A DNA stretch of 36,119 bases from Chiloscyllium plagiosum (Eukaryota), in NCBI RefSeq assembly GCF_004010195.1, contig NC_057718.1, positions 8,324,304 to 8,360,422 of the forward strand, given 5' to 3'. Position numbers and translations under genes: made by a program. Positions 23,080 through 35,732 of this stretch are shown here, piece after piece. Below the pieces are notes generated by a model that made no database searches, was not told the origin of the DNA, and was given only the letters and a program-made list of their open reading frames with translations. Every line of letters starts with the position of its first letter. The stretch's first letter is position 1.

Positions 23080-23845
23080 TTTTAAAAGTGGAATTTACCC
23101 CTGATAAGTGTAAGGTGATGCACTTTGGATGAAGTAATGAGGCAATCCTCACGAGTGGCAGAAAGCTAGGAAGCTCAGAGGAACCTTGGGGTACTTGTCC
23201 ACAGATCCCTGAAAGCGGCAGGACAGGTTAATAGGGTGACAAAAAGGGATACCTGCCGTTACCAGTTCTGGTATAGATTATAACAGCAGGGAGGTTAGAG
23301 GTGTACGGGGCTTTGGTTCAGCCACAGTTGAAGTACTGTGTGTAGTTCTGGTCACTGCACTATAGGAAGGAAGTGACCGCACTGAAGAGAAAGCAGAGGA
23401 GATTCACCAGGTGTTGCCCGAGATGGAGCATATTAGCCAAGGAGAGAAACAAGATAAGCTCAAGCTGTTTTAAGAGCAGAGAAGGCTGAGGCAGGACCTG
23501 ATTGAGGTGTAAGATTATTCGGGACATGGACAGATAGAAAACAGCTACACCTCTTAATTGCAAATTAAATAACAGGGGGCATAATGTTAAAACAAGATGC
23601 AAGACATTTAGAGGAGATCTGAGGAAAAATATTTTCACCCAGAGGGTGTTGTGAATGTGGAATGAACTGAGGGTAGCAAAAACTCAATAACTGAAGAATA
23701 TTTGGATGAACACTTGAAATGGCAAAACATTCAAGGCTTTGCCTGGTGCTGGGAAGCAGAACTAGTGTACATTTATAGTAGTTCTGGTCAGTGCAGGCTT
23801 AATGGGTCAAAGGGCCTCTTCTGTACCTTATGATTGTATGATTCT
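23080..23845 (+). mobile_element. CR1 LINE 3' portion
   Basis: gataagtgtaaggtgatgcactttgg (KCKVMHF), gaagtactgtgtgtagttctggtc, gatctgaggaaaaatattttcacccagagggt, tail tatgattgtatgatt. Confidence 0.9.
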
Positions 23846-25274
23846 GGAAAAAAAAACATTTCTTTTACAGATCTAGCACTGTGACTATCCAGTCCCTTCT
23901 GCCTTTATGGCTGTCTTGTTTTCCTTTAAATACATCTATTCTGTTCACTTCAACCATTCTCTGGTAGTGAGTTTCATATTCGCATCAGTCTTTGGGCGAA
24001 GCCCTTTCTTCTGAATTCCCTTGTGGATTGCTTAGTGACTATCTTATTTTGATGGCCTCTATCACATTAAAAATAAAACCAAGTGTTTAGTTTGACTTTA
24101 AATGAACTCGTTTAACGCGTAACACAACTTTTAGTAGTTCATGTGTTTATCCTCTGAGAACCCTTTGTTCCTCTATCTGACCAAGACTAGTGAACTTCCA
24201 TGCAATGTGATTTCTCTATTCTTACAATCAAAATGTGATACCTCATATTTATTTGGATTGAACTTCACTTTTAATTATTTTGCTATTCTGCAAGTTTAAT
24301 AATATCCTTCAGTGAGATTTGAAGCTAGTTAGCATGCATGGGAAGAGTTTTAGATAACCACAAGTTTATGAAGAAGACAATTATGGGTCTGATCACATCT
24401 GGAGCAACACAGGAGTGGTGAGGATATCGGCAGCATTCAGCAGTGACAGGGTGAAGATAATATAGTGAATGTGGAAAAAGGAAATCCTTGCAATGCCGAG
24501 GATATGGAGTTAGAAGCTCAGTTAGGGAAGGAAAATCTGAGAAATGATCTTACAGATTGACATAAAGTAGTTCATTGACTAGGAAAGTCAATCTGAAATA
24601 TTAGCTCTAATGAATTCCAAGGCGAGGACAAGGAAAAAAAGGTTTAAATTTCCTGGGAAGTTGTTCTAGCAGGAGATAAACCAAGCACAAATTAAAATCT
24701 CATGGCACAGGTGCAACATAGTAGTTAGCAAAATAAGTCTGTATTTGTCATACACCACTCCGCCCTCGTGCCAAAGTAAAAAGCTGACAAGGGATTTTTC
24801 AGTGAATGGAATCCCTTCCAAAAACACTGGAAAAAGTCAACTTTGTGCTTATTTGCGCCTCATCAGAAGTCAAGCTCAAAATCCCAAGCTGCATTAAAGA
24901 GGGCTTTGTTTGATGTGAATACTGCAGCCCTGGTATTGCCTGACTATTTAAGCAGGTAACTGAATGAAGAACTGTTAACTTTTTAATCTACTTCATAACA
25001 TTACACTGTGCCATGCAATAAAAATTAGAGCTCGTTACAAGGCCTCAAAGTTGCCACATGGAGAGATATAAACCTTCAAAAGACTGGTTCCTGTAGTGGA
25101 TTAGAAAATTAATCTTCTACCACTGGGATTTCGTGCAACAGAAAAGAAATTGAGCACTTTTAATGTTGGCTATTAGCAGTAAAGCAGAACAGAGGATCAG
25201 AAAGAGGAAGTAAGAGCCGAAAGTAGAAAGAAAGTTAAACAGGAATATTTTGAAGTGAAGAGCAAAGTTTTAAG

Positions 25275-25700
25275 TCAGAGTCAATCAGCAGACCTTTCAT
25301 TCCAACCAGTCCACGCCAACCATGCTCCCAAACTAAACTAGTCCCACCTGCCAGCATTTGGCCCATATCCATCCAAACCTTTCCTTTTCATGTACTTGTC
25401 CAGGTCTTTTAAACATTGTGACTGTACCTGCATCTACCACTTTCTCTGCCAGTTCATTCCATACACAAATCACTATGTAAAATAGTTACCCTTCATGTCC
25501 TCTTTAAATATTTCTCTTCTCACCTTGAAATTGTATCCCCTCCTCCCTCCCTCCCCCCCACCCCCCCAAGCTTTGAACTCTCCCATGCTAGGGAAAAGAC
25601 ATTCACCTTGTCTATACCCCTCATAATTCTATAAACCTCTATAAGGTGACCTCTCAACCTCCTACATTCCAGTGACAATAGTCCCAGTGTTGCCCAGACA
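25275..25700 (-). mobile_element. CR1/HER1 3' portion
   Basis: ORF 25520-25747 LGLLSLECRRLRGHLIEVYRIMRGIDKV; reverse 3' UTR. Confidence 0.9.
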
Positions 25701-26516
25701 ATTGTTTCATGGTGTAGTCCACCTGTGTGGGTCTCAAGAGGTTGCAAAGTAAGGCTGTTGGAAAGACAAAGAGCTCAGACAGAGAGAGAGATACCTATAG
25801 AGCAAAGCACAGAGTTGATGGTCTAATTGGGATATTTCTGCACTGTGGGTTCAGTGAAGGACTGAAAATCAGAGCAGATTATAAATAAAACAAGAAGTGT
25901 GCCTTTGTGTTAGCACATTTCTCAAAGTAATAAAGAAATTGAAGGTTTTATAGGAAAAGACAAAGAGCTGGTTAACTTGACATCAAAGTCATCAATGTGG
26001 AAAAGAACAACAGTTTGGACAAGAGAGGTCAATAAAACAAGTAAATACACAATTTTGCAGATTGCATTAACATTATCCATAGAAATGTGCAGTCATCCTT
26101 GTAACAATGGAAGAAGCCCATGTTGGCCACTGATTTCAGCCATATCTCAAACAGCTGAATGAGACAGGTTTGGACCACCTTCACATTTTACCCAGTCGTT
26201 ATGCATGTTTATATACACCAAACTCATTTGGTGGTCAAAAGCTGTGTTTGTGTCACTGACTGGTTTACATGGGGCAAATGAGTGCTATCTGCCCCCTTAA
26301 CTGAGAATACATTGACAGCCTTGAGAACACCTCTTCTTACCTAATCATCTCCACTTGTAACACACTACACTAGATACTTGCCCTAGTCAATATTTACCTC
26401 TCCAACAACATCACAAAAAAAACTGTCATTACTTTGTTACTGTTAATGGGAGTTTCTGCTTAATAAGTGGCTGTTACATTTCCGATTATATTAGTAACTA
26501 CGTTTCAGAAGTACTT

Positions 26517-27050
26517 ACAGAGTCATAGAGATGTACAGCATGGAAACAGATCCTTCAGTCCAACTCGTCCATGCTGACCAGATATCCTAAACTAATCTAG
26601 TCCCATTTGCCAGCTTTTGGCCCATATTCCTTTAAAACCTTTCTATTCATGTACGCATCCAGATGCCTTTCAATTGTTGTAATTGTACCAGCCACCACCA
26701 CTTCCTCTGGCAGCTCATTCCACACATGCATTTCCATGTGAAAAAGTTGCCCCTTGGGTCCCTTTTAAATTTCCTTTAAAACCTTTCTATTCATGTACGC
26801 ATCCAGATGTCTTTCAATTGTTGTAATTGTACCAGCCACCACCACTTCCTCTGGTAGCTCATTCCACACATGCATTTCCATGTGAAAAAGTTGCCCCTTG
26901 GGTCCCTTTTAAATCTTTCCCCTCTCACCTTAAACTTATGCCCTCTAGTTTTGGACTTCCCCCACTCAAGAGAAAAATACCGTAGCTATTCCCCCTGTCC
27001 CACACCCCTCGTGATTTTATAAGATCACCCCGCAGCCCCAGCCGACTAAG
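26517..27050 (-). mobile_element. CR1/HER1 3' portion with internal tandem duplication
   Basis: agagtcatagagatgtacagcatggaaacag.. (reverse 3' end). Confidence 0.9.
26627..26914. repeat. Tandem duplication, 2 x 144 bp
   Basis: 26627-26770 and 26771-26914 differ at two C/T positions that I can see. Confidence 0.92.
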
Positions 27051-28305
27051 CCCCTCCCTATCTGTAAATTGCTTTGGGATATCTTGAGGACATGAAGAGT
27101 CCTACATAAATGGAAATCTATCTTTTCTATCTACAACTAGCATCAAGTGGACTTGTTGTTTATACATACCGATTGCAGATCCTGGGCAATGCATGGTTTA
27201 TGTTTTGCCTCCCTTGAGATTTGTTGCTGAGATACTCATCTTCCGAGCACTAAACGGCTAGGCCGAAGAACTGGTGAGACAAAGGGACAATGCTCTCCGT
27301 GGTGTGCTAAGTGCCAGGGTCGGTTGTTTCAACTTCTAAATCAAGTACAACATTCACCAATGCACACTTCAATCTGAGCGACTGCTGTGGAATTCTAGGC
27401 TAGGGAATCTCAACCTATGTGTCCTCCATGCTCAGGCACAAGGATACCATTATTTGAGTTTAGATCATTGGAAGGCTGGATGCCTGCCAGCAAAGGAAGG
27501 GAAACTTAAGGTCACTGAGTGCGATTGCATTGTATGGAGTTACTAAACAGCCACTTTTCATTTTTTTACCCCAATAGCTGACATTTCCATTACAGCACAG
27601 ATCATCATTCTTTAAAGAGGGAAAGATTATCAAGCACATCTCCCTTTTGACACACAGATCAAGCAATAGCTCTTTTCATGTTGAGTGAAGTTACAATGAA
27701 GCTTTACTGAGTGTTTTGATTCAAAAGCTTGTTAGCTTGTCACTGATGTTGCATGCCACTATATACATTGTACACATATCAAACATTTTAAAAGTTCAAT
27801 TTTAACCTTTTGATGAAGATTAATTGGAATACAAAAAGCTGCAGCACAATTATTTGGGGGAAAAGATATTCAAGTAGGATGGTGCATGTATACAGTAATA
27901 TGTTTGAAATACATAACCAAATTTTCAACATTGATTTTCTTCCTCCATTCTTTTAAGACACAGATTTCTAGCCACCCCTCATATCAGTAACCTGTTCCAG
28001 TTATAATCATCACCATAAGAAAGATGTCTCTCCATAACAAAGTCACCAGATATTCAGAGAAGGGAAAGATAGTATTATGAGTGGAGGCACTCAAGTTTGA
28101 GCAAACTGGTATCAGCTAATACTGTAAAATAAAACAGGATCTTATTATTCCCTGATGGTATTTAAACTGACACTAAGCATCAAGATCCATCAGAAACCAT
28201 TAATGGGACAATTAAGGAAAGGGATCCAAACAGCAGATTAAAGGGAGTGGGGATGGGTAGAATCATGAAATCAAGAAAATGTTTACGAGTGGCAAAAACA
28301 CTGCT

Positions 28306-28424
28306 GAAACTTTATTGCTGGAACAGCACAGCAGGTCAGGCAGCATCCAGGAAACAGGAGATTCGACGTTTCGGGCACAGGCGTCCTTGAAGAAGGAGGC
28401 CATCTGTGTTGTACGTATTTTCAA
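28306..28424 (-). mobile_element. Penelope-derived mini-insertion with 14 bp TSD
   Basis: gcaaaaacactgct at 28292-28305 and 28425-28438; contains the pLTR tail (ttgctggaacagcacagcaggtcaggcagcatc..tcgacgtttcgggc). Confidence 0.8.
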
Positions 28425-28748
28425 GCAAAAACACTGCTACAAAGTACATTCTTCAGGCTGAAATGACCTCATTTCATCCTAGCTATGGTTGACTCTTGGC
28501 ATTTCAACCTGTGTCATTTGAACCATTCATGCCCTAAAGTGCCCATTGGATAAGTGATGTAATTCCTGGAGCTCAAAGTTGGAAAGCAATTCCAAGTATG
28601 CCTGCTCAGTTGGGGCCGCTCCCATTAAGCTTTATAAGTTATCCCAGATGACCTCCCCAATGACTTAGCAACCCCAGGTTAAAGATAAACAAAGACAAAC
28701 AGAATTAATGAGGCTACTTGCACTTGTAATAAGATCCTCAAGTGTGAA

Positions 28749-29418
28749 TTCCGGTAAGATGGCAGCAGAGTGGGGCTTCAAAGCACAGGGTTCATCTGCT
28801 CCACTTTTCTTTTTGTTTCATTTATTTTTTTCTCTCTCTTCTTTAGTTCCCTTTTGTCTTCAATTTTATTTTACTTACCTCTCGGTGAAGTGCTGGGTCA
28901 TGGCGATAGCATCGGAGGTGGTGAGTGGGCCCAGCAGCACAGACTCGCAGCAACGGAGGAGTTTGGGTCCAGTACGAGACTTGGCAGCATCAGTAGTGGC
29001 TGCATTGAGGAGGTCAGCCTGAAGCAGACTCATGGTGGCAGCGGAGTCAAGTGTGGACAGATGTGATACTTGACAGCATCGGTGGCACTGATGAGGTCCT
29101 GCGATGACACTGTGTCGGAGGCATCAGTGAAGGCAAGATGGTCCAGAAGACTGGCGACTTTTGTTCCAGCAGCAGCGGTGCGGCAAAAATGACTCATGCT
29201 TGGCCACCAGGCCCATGGCCGACAACGGAGCACTTAACAAGGTGGACTGCAAAGTTGGACACTTTCATTATTTTTTCATTTTTCTGCCTTTATATTCTGT
29301 GTTTTGGTTTATCTTTCTGGTGTTTTACAATAGCGCCAGAGGTGGTGACACTATCCAACTTTTTTCACTGTATTTTGTAACAAGATACCTATGACAATAA
29401 ATAAATCAAATTAAATTC
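28749..29418 (+). mobile_element. Unclassified non-autonomous retroelement-like insert
   Basis: GC- and CpG-richer core flanked by T-rich tracts; starts ttccggtaagatggc; ends gacaataaataaatcaaattaaattc (AATAAA plus microsatellite-like tail). Confidence 0.5.
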
Positions 29419-29844
29419 AGTCTGAAAGCCTTCAACTAGCACACAACTTTCTTCAGTCCAGGTCAGATTCAGAAACATACAGAACACCTGTGAGCTATTA
29501 ACAACATGATGGAATTAGCTCCAGTCCACTGGACTGGGACCAGTGTCAGTGGGAGTCCAAATGGGAGATCTCACATTCCAATGCCAATACTGACTGCGCC
29601 ACGCTGCTCTGGCCACAAACCTAGTCACTTATACAATGCTCCCGACTCTTGCCTGTGTGTATTGGTGCAAGTAATACTTAATGAAATACAATTTTGATTT
29701 CTAATTATTCTGATGAGGCACTAGCCATGTCAAGTGCCAGTCCAACATTTTCAGTGGTACATTTTCAATCTTTGTACTGCCGAAATGTTTGAAGTCTACA
29801 GTCTGTTTTGTCTTGCAGAGAAATAGAGTACTTCTTCTCCCCAG

Positions 29845-29990
29845 TTAGTTCTTGGAATGTTGGCTCATTCCCAGTCGCTTTAAGGAGACCGCGGTGAGCT
29901 TTTGTTCAGACCGATTGATTTCACAACTGAGTGGCTTGCAAGGCTACTTCAGAGCACATTAAGATTAAACCATGCATAGTCGTATGGGAC
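29845..29990 (-). mobile_element. Fragment of the second SINE family
   Basis: caactgagtggcttgcaaggctacttcagagcacattaagattaaacca; similar to 12830-12870 and 6460-6485. Confidence 0.5.
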
Positions 29991-30932
29991 TAGACTTGAT
30001 GGGCCAGTTATCACCATTTTGAATGACTGATAGCTGGAAGGATTTTACTACTAAAGTCAATGCTGCTTGAAGGAGAGCTTCAGAGTACTTTTGCAGAGTT
30101 TTCATCATCCCACAGTACGCTTGAAATTTGAGAAAACTGATTTTTTTTTAGGGTGAGGGTGGGGAGAGATCCCATTCAGCCAAATGAACATAACTTGTTT
30201 TACAGTATTTTTCCAGAATGCTATGGAGCTGGCTTCAAGAAAGACACCATTATTTGTTTGATGATCCTCCGATTGGATCTGGAGGAGGCATAAGGGGCAC
30301 TGCTGTTGCGATTTCTCTAACACTCTTCTGTATCACTGATAAATAATCCAGGGTTCATTGCAATACAGCAGGATGGTGCTGACTACTGGTCTGTGCATTA
30401 GAAAGGGGTCAATACATTCCAGGGTCTCTCCTTCAACCTATGTGGGACGTGGAATATTTAGTGGACCAGCTACGGCTGAGAAAGTAATTCTGGTTTAGCA
30501 ACATCCAAGGATCAACTTTTATATGCAAAATTGAAGGGTTAATTACAAGCTTGCTGCAAAGTGGAAATTACACTGCAGTCACCTGCATACTGTAGGACAT
30601 GTATGTCAATGGTAGACAATTTAGTTTTGGCATATAAGCAACTGACATCAAAGAGCTTTTAATTTAGGTGGTATTTAATAGTCACACCAGAGAACAGTTG
30701 ATCTTTGTTGAGATAAATAACCACTGATAGGTTGACTGTAATTAGTACGGGAGCCTACCACACAGGCTTGCTTGACATGAGTCAAATATTGAAAGCATCT
30801 GTTTCAGAATTCCCACTCAAGACAGTTGCAGTATTGCCATCATGCTGCAGTTAGGGAAGATAAAGAAGTTTCTTAAACATTCAAATATCTCTGGAACAAT
30901 CCATATAGCCTGGTAATTTACTCAAATGTTTT

Positions 30933-30976
30933 GGTCGAAGGGCCTGTTTCCACACTGTAGGGCGTCCAATCTAATC
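30933..30976 (+). mobile_element. HE1/HER1 3' tail fragment
   Basis: ggtcgaagggcctgtttccacactgtagggcgtccaatctaatc. Confidence 0.8.
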
Positions 30977-31624
30977 AAGACATTGATAAACATAATGAAC
31001 ACTTCCTAGTGTTGTTTTCCACATCTTTCTGACAGCAAAGCCATGTCAGAAATTCCCCTGGAAGGTCTCTGGCAGCATTTCCTCTTCCACAGGAACAGAC
31101 CAGGTTCAGAAGAATGCTGGTTAGGATTTTCCCTGCTATAATTAAGAAGGAAAAACCTTAATAGCTTCCAACGTCCGAGTTATTACCCTTCATAAAGACT
31201 GTTATATTCCTGAAGTTAGTTCTTTTTGGGAGGCGGGGGAAGGATTGTATCTCTTTGAACAGTAGTTATTCAGTAGCGACAGTGTGAATCAAGCTTCTGT
31301 TTCAGTGTAACAACAGGATGAATACTAGGTCCCAATCTGATCAGAAGAAAGCACAATGAGGAACCTTGAAATAGCACCCCTTTGAAACTTGCTTTTGAGT
31401 CAGTTTCAGCCTGCATATCTCAATTGTGCTTCCAACTTTATTTTGGTGCAAGTCTCCCAGGCAATTTTTATTTCTAACATTTATAGTTTTTATTTTAATC
31501 AGCTGGGTACATGGTATTCCAATGGAGCACACTTCTCCTATAGATACAATTCAGTTCTATTAAAAGATCAAACCACTGACATTATTTATCACTCTCAGAA
31601 GCTGATCAATCTGTTGTTCATTTA

Positions 31625-32710
31625 TGACACACCTGCTGACACCTTCATTCATGTCACATTATCACCAGACTGACCATTCTGATTTTCTCCTGCGGGCTCT
31701 CAAACTTTGCAACTTCTGTAAACTTGAGCTCATGCCAACCTCTGTTGCCTACATGTGAAGTAATATAGCTTCATTCTAGCATTACTGCAGACACATTTCT
31801 CCAAACCTCCCCGCTCTCAATTTAGCAAAGGACAATTTTATTTTAAAGATTTTCATTCTGGTTTTCCCCATTGCCTTACCCTTCCAATCACTAATTATCT
31901 CCAGTCCCAAAACCCACTCAGGCCATTGCATTCCTGTAATTCCAGCCTCCCACAAATCAGATTTTCATTGGTAAACGCAGGGGCCTAGGGGCTTGGCCAG
32001 GACTTCCTAATGTACAGTCGGTTCTGCTGTAATACGCATTTCTTCAATGCAAATTGACTATATTGTGATTGAAGAATTTAGATTATTATTTGTAGAACAC
32101 GAACTTTCCCTACCTGTATTGGCTGTAATATGATTCCAGTCCTACTAATTTAAACGATGCTGCTATTACGCAATTTTATATCGCAGGATCATACAGGAAC
32201 AGAGCTATCGCCTTATATCAGAACAGACTGTACCTCCACTTTGACGGTTGATATCCAATATGTGCGCATGGGTTGGGGAACATGGAAAGAGTCTTTTTAA
32301 TTTGCAGAGTTTCAGGCTAAGGATCTTTACATCTCCACAGAATTTCAAGGCCTCAAGGACACAGCCACTTGTTAAACAAAACTAAGAATTTAAAGGGGCC
32401 TTGCAGCTTTCAGCACTTGAGAATTCCACAGCAGGCACTGCTGCCTTGGCAGTCACAACCCTAAAGTTTCAGGGGGGTGGGGGTGGGGGAATTACTGGGA
32501 TAGTGACCTAATACTTTGGGAAGCCCTGTGGGACGATCCAAGATGTCGTCCCTAGATTTCTCCACCTCCCTCACTCTTCCCTTAAAACATACCTTCCTGT
32601 CAAGCTCATTACCGCCTGTCCTCACACCTCACGTCACTCTGCACTAAGTTTTGTTTGATAACAGCTCTGTGAAGAGCCCTTGGATTGTACTCCATCAAAG
32701 GCATTCAGTC
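31625..32710 (+). mobile_element. L2-type LINE 3' part in two pieces (about 31625-32010 and 32550-32710) with inserts between
   Basis: gctgacaccttcattcatgtc..ccagactgaccattct (ADTFIH..RLDxS-like), ttttaaagattttcattctggtttt, tail ttttgtttgataacagctctgtgaagagcccttgga. Confidence 0.6.
32015..32230. mobile_element. MITE, Tc1/mariner (pogo/Tigger-like) type
   Basis: TA on both flanks (32013-32014, 32231-32232); imperfect TIRs cagtcggttctgctgtaa versus reverse complement cagtctgttctgatataa. Confidence 0.8.
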
Positions 32711-33079
32711 AGAACAGAGGTAGTAGCTTTCACTGTATTTTAGAGTGATTCAGGATTATTTTGGCAATGATATCCAATTTATTTTCTATTCTGCATGCTC
32801 TAAGAATGCTAAACTGCTTTAACAGACCCCACTGGCTGAGGCAAGGCCCATGGTGTGAATTGAGTAGCAGTTATCTGGCTGGCTCAGAAGAAGTTTCACC
32901 TCAGCCACTGCCAGTCTGCACCTCTAAGGCAGAACATCTGGGCCGATCAAGAGGCCAGCTTCGGGAAGATATATGCCTATTCACACACACTACAAGAAAC
33001 AACATTTGAAACAATAAACATTGTAAGGGATTATTCAGAATCAGTCTACAATGGGCCCTCATTATATAACCTGCAGTTA

Positions 33080-33190
33080 ACTTCAGAGGCCTTCAACCCA
33101 AAACATGAATTCTTTCTCTCCATAGATGCTGCCTGATTTGCTGGCCTTACATTCCAGAGTTTTCTCTTTTGACTTCTGTTACTGTGAATA
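33080..33190 (+). mobile_element. Old Penelope-like terminal remnant
   Basis: cccaaaacatgaattctttctctccatagatgctgcctgatttgctg; homologous to 6295-6332. Confidence 0.5.
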
Positions 33191-35264
33191 TATCTATTAT
33201 TCTTTTTTGATTTGAGTCCTTTCATCTGAAAACTGCTGAAAGCGGTAGCTTTTTCTACATTTAATATGATGATATAAAATTCTTGATTTAATTCCACTTT
33301 TATGGGCGGGAATGGTTTTAAAATGGAATCAGAAGCTAGACATAAAATGATCAAAGGGATTACCTAACCAACACAGGCACGAAGTAGACTTGATTTTGAT
33401 CAAAGACAGAGTGAGCTAAAATTAACATTTCCCCAAGCAATGAAACCAGTCAGTCATTCGCCAGGGGAAAAGTGAAGAGGTCCCCATCTCCTATTTCATT
33501 CACACCATTGAAAACCTTTGAATGTTAGAGATGAAAATCTTGTTGCAATTACCAATCCTAATAACTTCAGTAGATATGGAATGTACAATTCTGATCTTAC
33601 TTCAAGGACCTTTTAGTAGAGAAAGGGCAATGGATTTTAGATTGCAGAACCAAACCCAGGCTGGAAAATGTTGCCTCTCTCACTCAAAAGAAACCAAAAT
33701 TGCTGGTGCCATCTCTGATTGGGCAAGGGAAAGAAAGTTAAGACCTTGAAACATATTCCTTATTTATAGCACTGCAGGGATCCAATTAACCAACCACATT
33801 CTCGGATTAAAACCTTACATTCACCCAAAAGAAACTAAGCTGTATACTCTTTATTTAACGCTAAGCATGTGCGTTCGTGTGGTCCCAACTATCTGCAGTG
33901 AAGGTTACATCATTATGTCTCTCAGGGTTAGCAAGGAAAAATGAAGTGTGTGTAGTAAGAGCTTGCCTGGATTGCAGCAGGTAAGCTGACCAGGCATACA
34001 AGATAAACTCATCTTTTTGCAATTACTCAGCATATAAACTGACACCCTTCTTCAGCAACAGGTATATTCCCATTGGTGTTAAGCCTAAAACTCTCACCCC
34101 AACATATGGGGTTTTTATTACCATTACCTTATTACTAGGTGCAAAAGATCAAGCAAACATCATGGGCTGTGTTGAGAGCATGTGCAAGAGTTTAAAACAC
34201 ACTCACAAAGAACAAACTCCACATGCAAATGATGCAAAGTGTCACAATGATGGATCGAAACCCCAAAATACTACGGATTTGTTAACTTCTAACTCCAAAA
34301 ATGTGTTTTGTTACAAGAAATCTACTACAGTCAATAAATGACTGTAGATGTAAATCTAATATCCTGCAAGTTTGGATTTGGATCCATGAATGTTGCAACT
34401 ATAAAGTGTCTGGGAAACTCCATAACAGTAAAAGATATTGACAAGGTTGACTAATCTCCCTTCCAGCAGAAGGCCACCTCTTGCACAATGTCTGAAATAT
34501 AGAAGGGAAGGTTAAAAACCAAATTTAACATTAGTGTGTGTGTAATCCTCATGCGTGGGCTACTGCATTGTGATGGTCACAGGTCTGAGAACAGCAATTT
34601 TAAACACTTCGGCATTGCAGGCAAACAGAAAAAGAAAGACTCTATCTGACAGTGTTACCAGTTACCCACTGCTGAAAGCGACCAGAACAATCAAGTTTCA
34701 ATTGTCCTATTAAGCCATGAAACTTAAGATCGATAATCAACTTCAAAACTATCGATAATATCCACTTCAACAGACACAATGTTCAACCATCCACTCTTCA
34801 TAAGTCAGAGCAGATCTGCAAATATTTTTCAACCTCTGTCTTTTTGAACTTGTCTCTTATTCCAACTGAGTGTGCGCGTGTTGAGTTATTATCTCTTTCT
34901 GCATTCAGTAATTATTAAACTCACTCTGTTATTTCAAGAAAGTTTGCTTAAATTGGCTCGGTTTAAAACAATGTTATCCGCAAGGCAAAGGATCATTTCA
35001 GTATTAATCTTGTTGCAATAAACCAAGGGGAGCCAATTCATCCTTGCTCACCCAGGAGCTTAACGGTTCATCGTATTCCATCCGGAACTGTAACAAATTG
35101 GGGAACCTAGTCTATAGATTGGCTATAACAAGAGAAATGAGTCTTTCAACAAAACCATGATCCTGGTTTTGAGCTCAAAGTCACAACATTTACTAAATTG
35201 ACAAATAATTATACTGCAAAATGAAATTTGGTGTTAGTGAAAAACTGGTGCAAGAAGAGGAGCT

Positions 35265-35732
35265 TAGGAGCGTGGTTAGACCACACCCAGAATGCTGCAT
35301 GCAGTTTTGGTCTCCTTATCTCAGGAAGGATACTGTTGCCATAAAGGGAGTGGAACACAGGGTTGCCATACTTGCGCTCTGTGGGAGACTGGACAAAGTG
35401 AGCCTGTATTCTCTAGAATTTCTAAGTATTGAAACCTACAAAATACTTCAAGGAATGGACAGGGCACATGCCTGGCTGGTTGGGGAGAACTGGACTGGGG
35501 ACATTAAAAATAAGGAGGATGCCATTATGGCCAAGAGGGGGGAGAAATATTTTTATTCAAAGGATGGTGAATCATTGGAATTCTCTCCCACTGAAGGCTC
35601 TGACAGTTCAGTTCAGAGTATCTTTAATGTATTTTCGATTTATAAACTGTAATGTGTAAAAAAAAAAGGCACTGAAGTATTCAGTCAGGCATGATTATGT
35701 TAAAGGATGGAACAGACTCCATGGGCTGAATC
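35265..35732 (+). mobile_element. CR1 LINE 3' portion
   Basis: ORF 35221-35652 VVRPHPECCMQFWSPYLRKD..LYSLEF; 3' UTR ggaacagactccatgggctgaat. Confidence 0.88.

Larger units (their letters stand above)
26378..27128 (+). mobile_element. Deu-domain SINE split by a CR1 insertion (pieces 26378-26516 and 27060-27128)
   Basis: cctagtcaatatttacctctccaacaacatcac..ttcagaagtactt, then resumes ctgtaaattgctttgggatatcttgagg..ataaatggaaatc. Confidence 0.7.

Noticed and set aside
29521..29537. Near-perfect palindrome ccagtcca-c-tggactgg
   Set aside because: An 8 bp arm is expected by chance in 36 kb.
32529..32555. Hairpin followed by CTAG, resembling a Helitron 3' end
   Set aside because: The CTAG overlaps the hairpin and probably belongs to the resuming L2 sequence; no matching 5' TC end identified.
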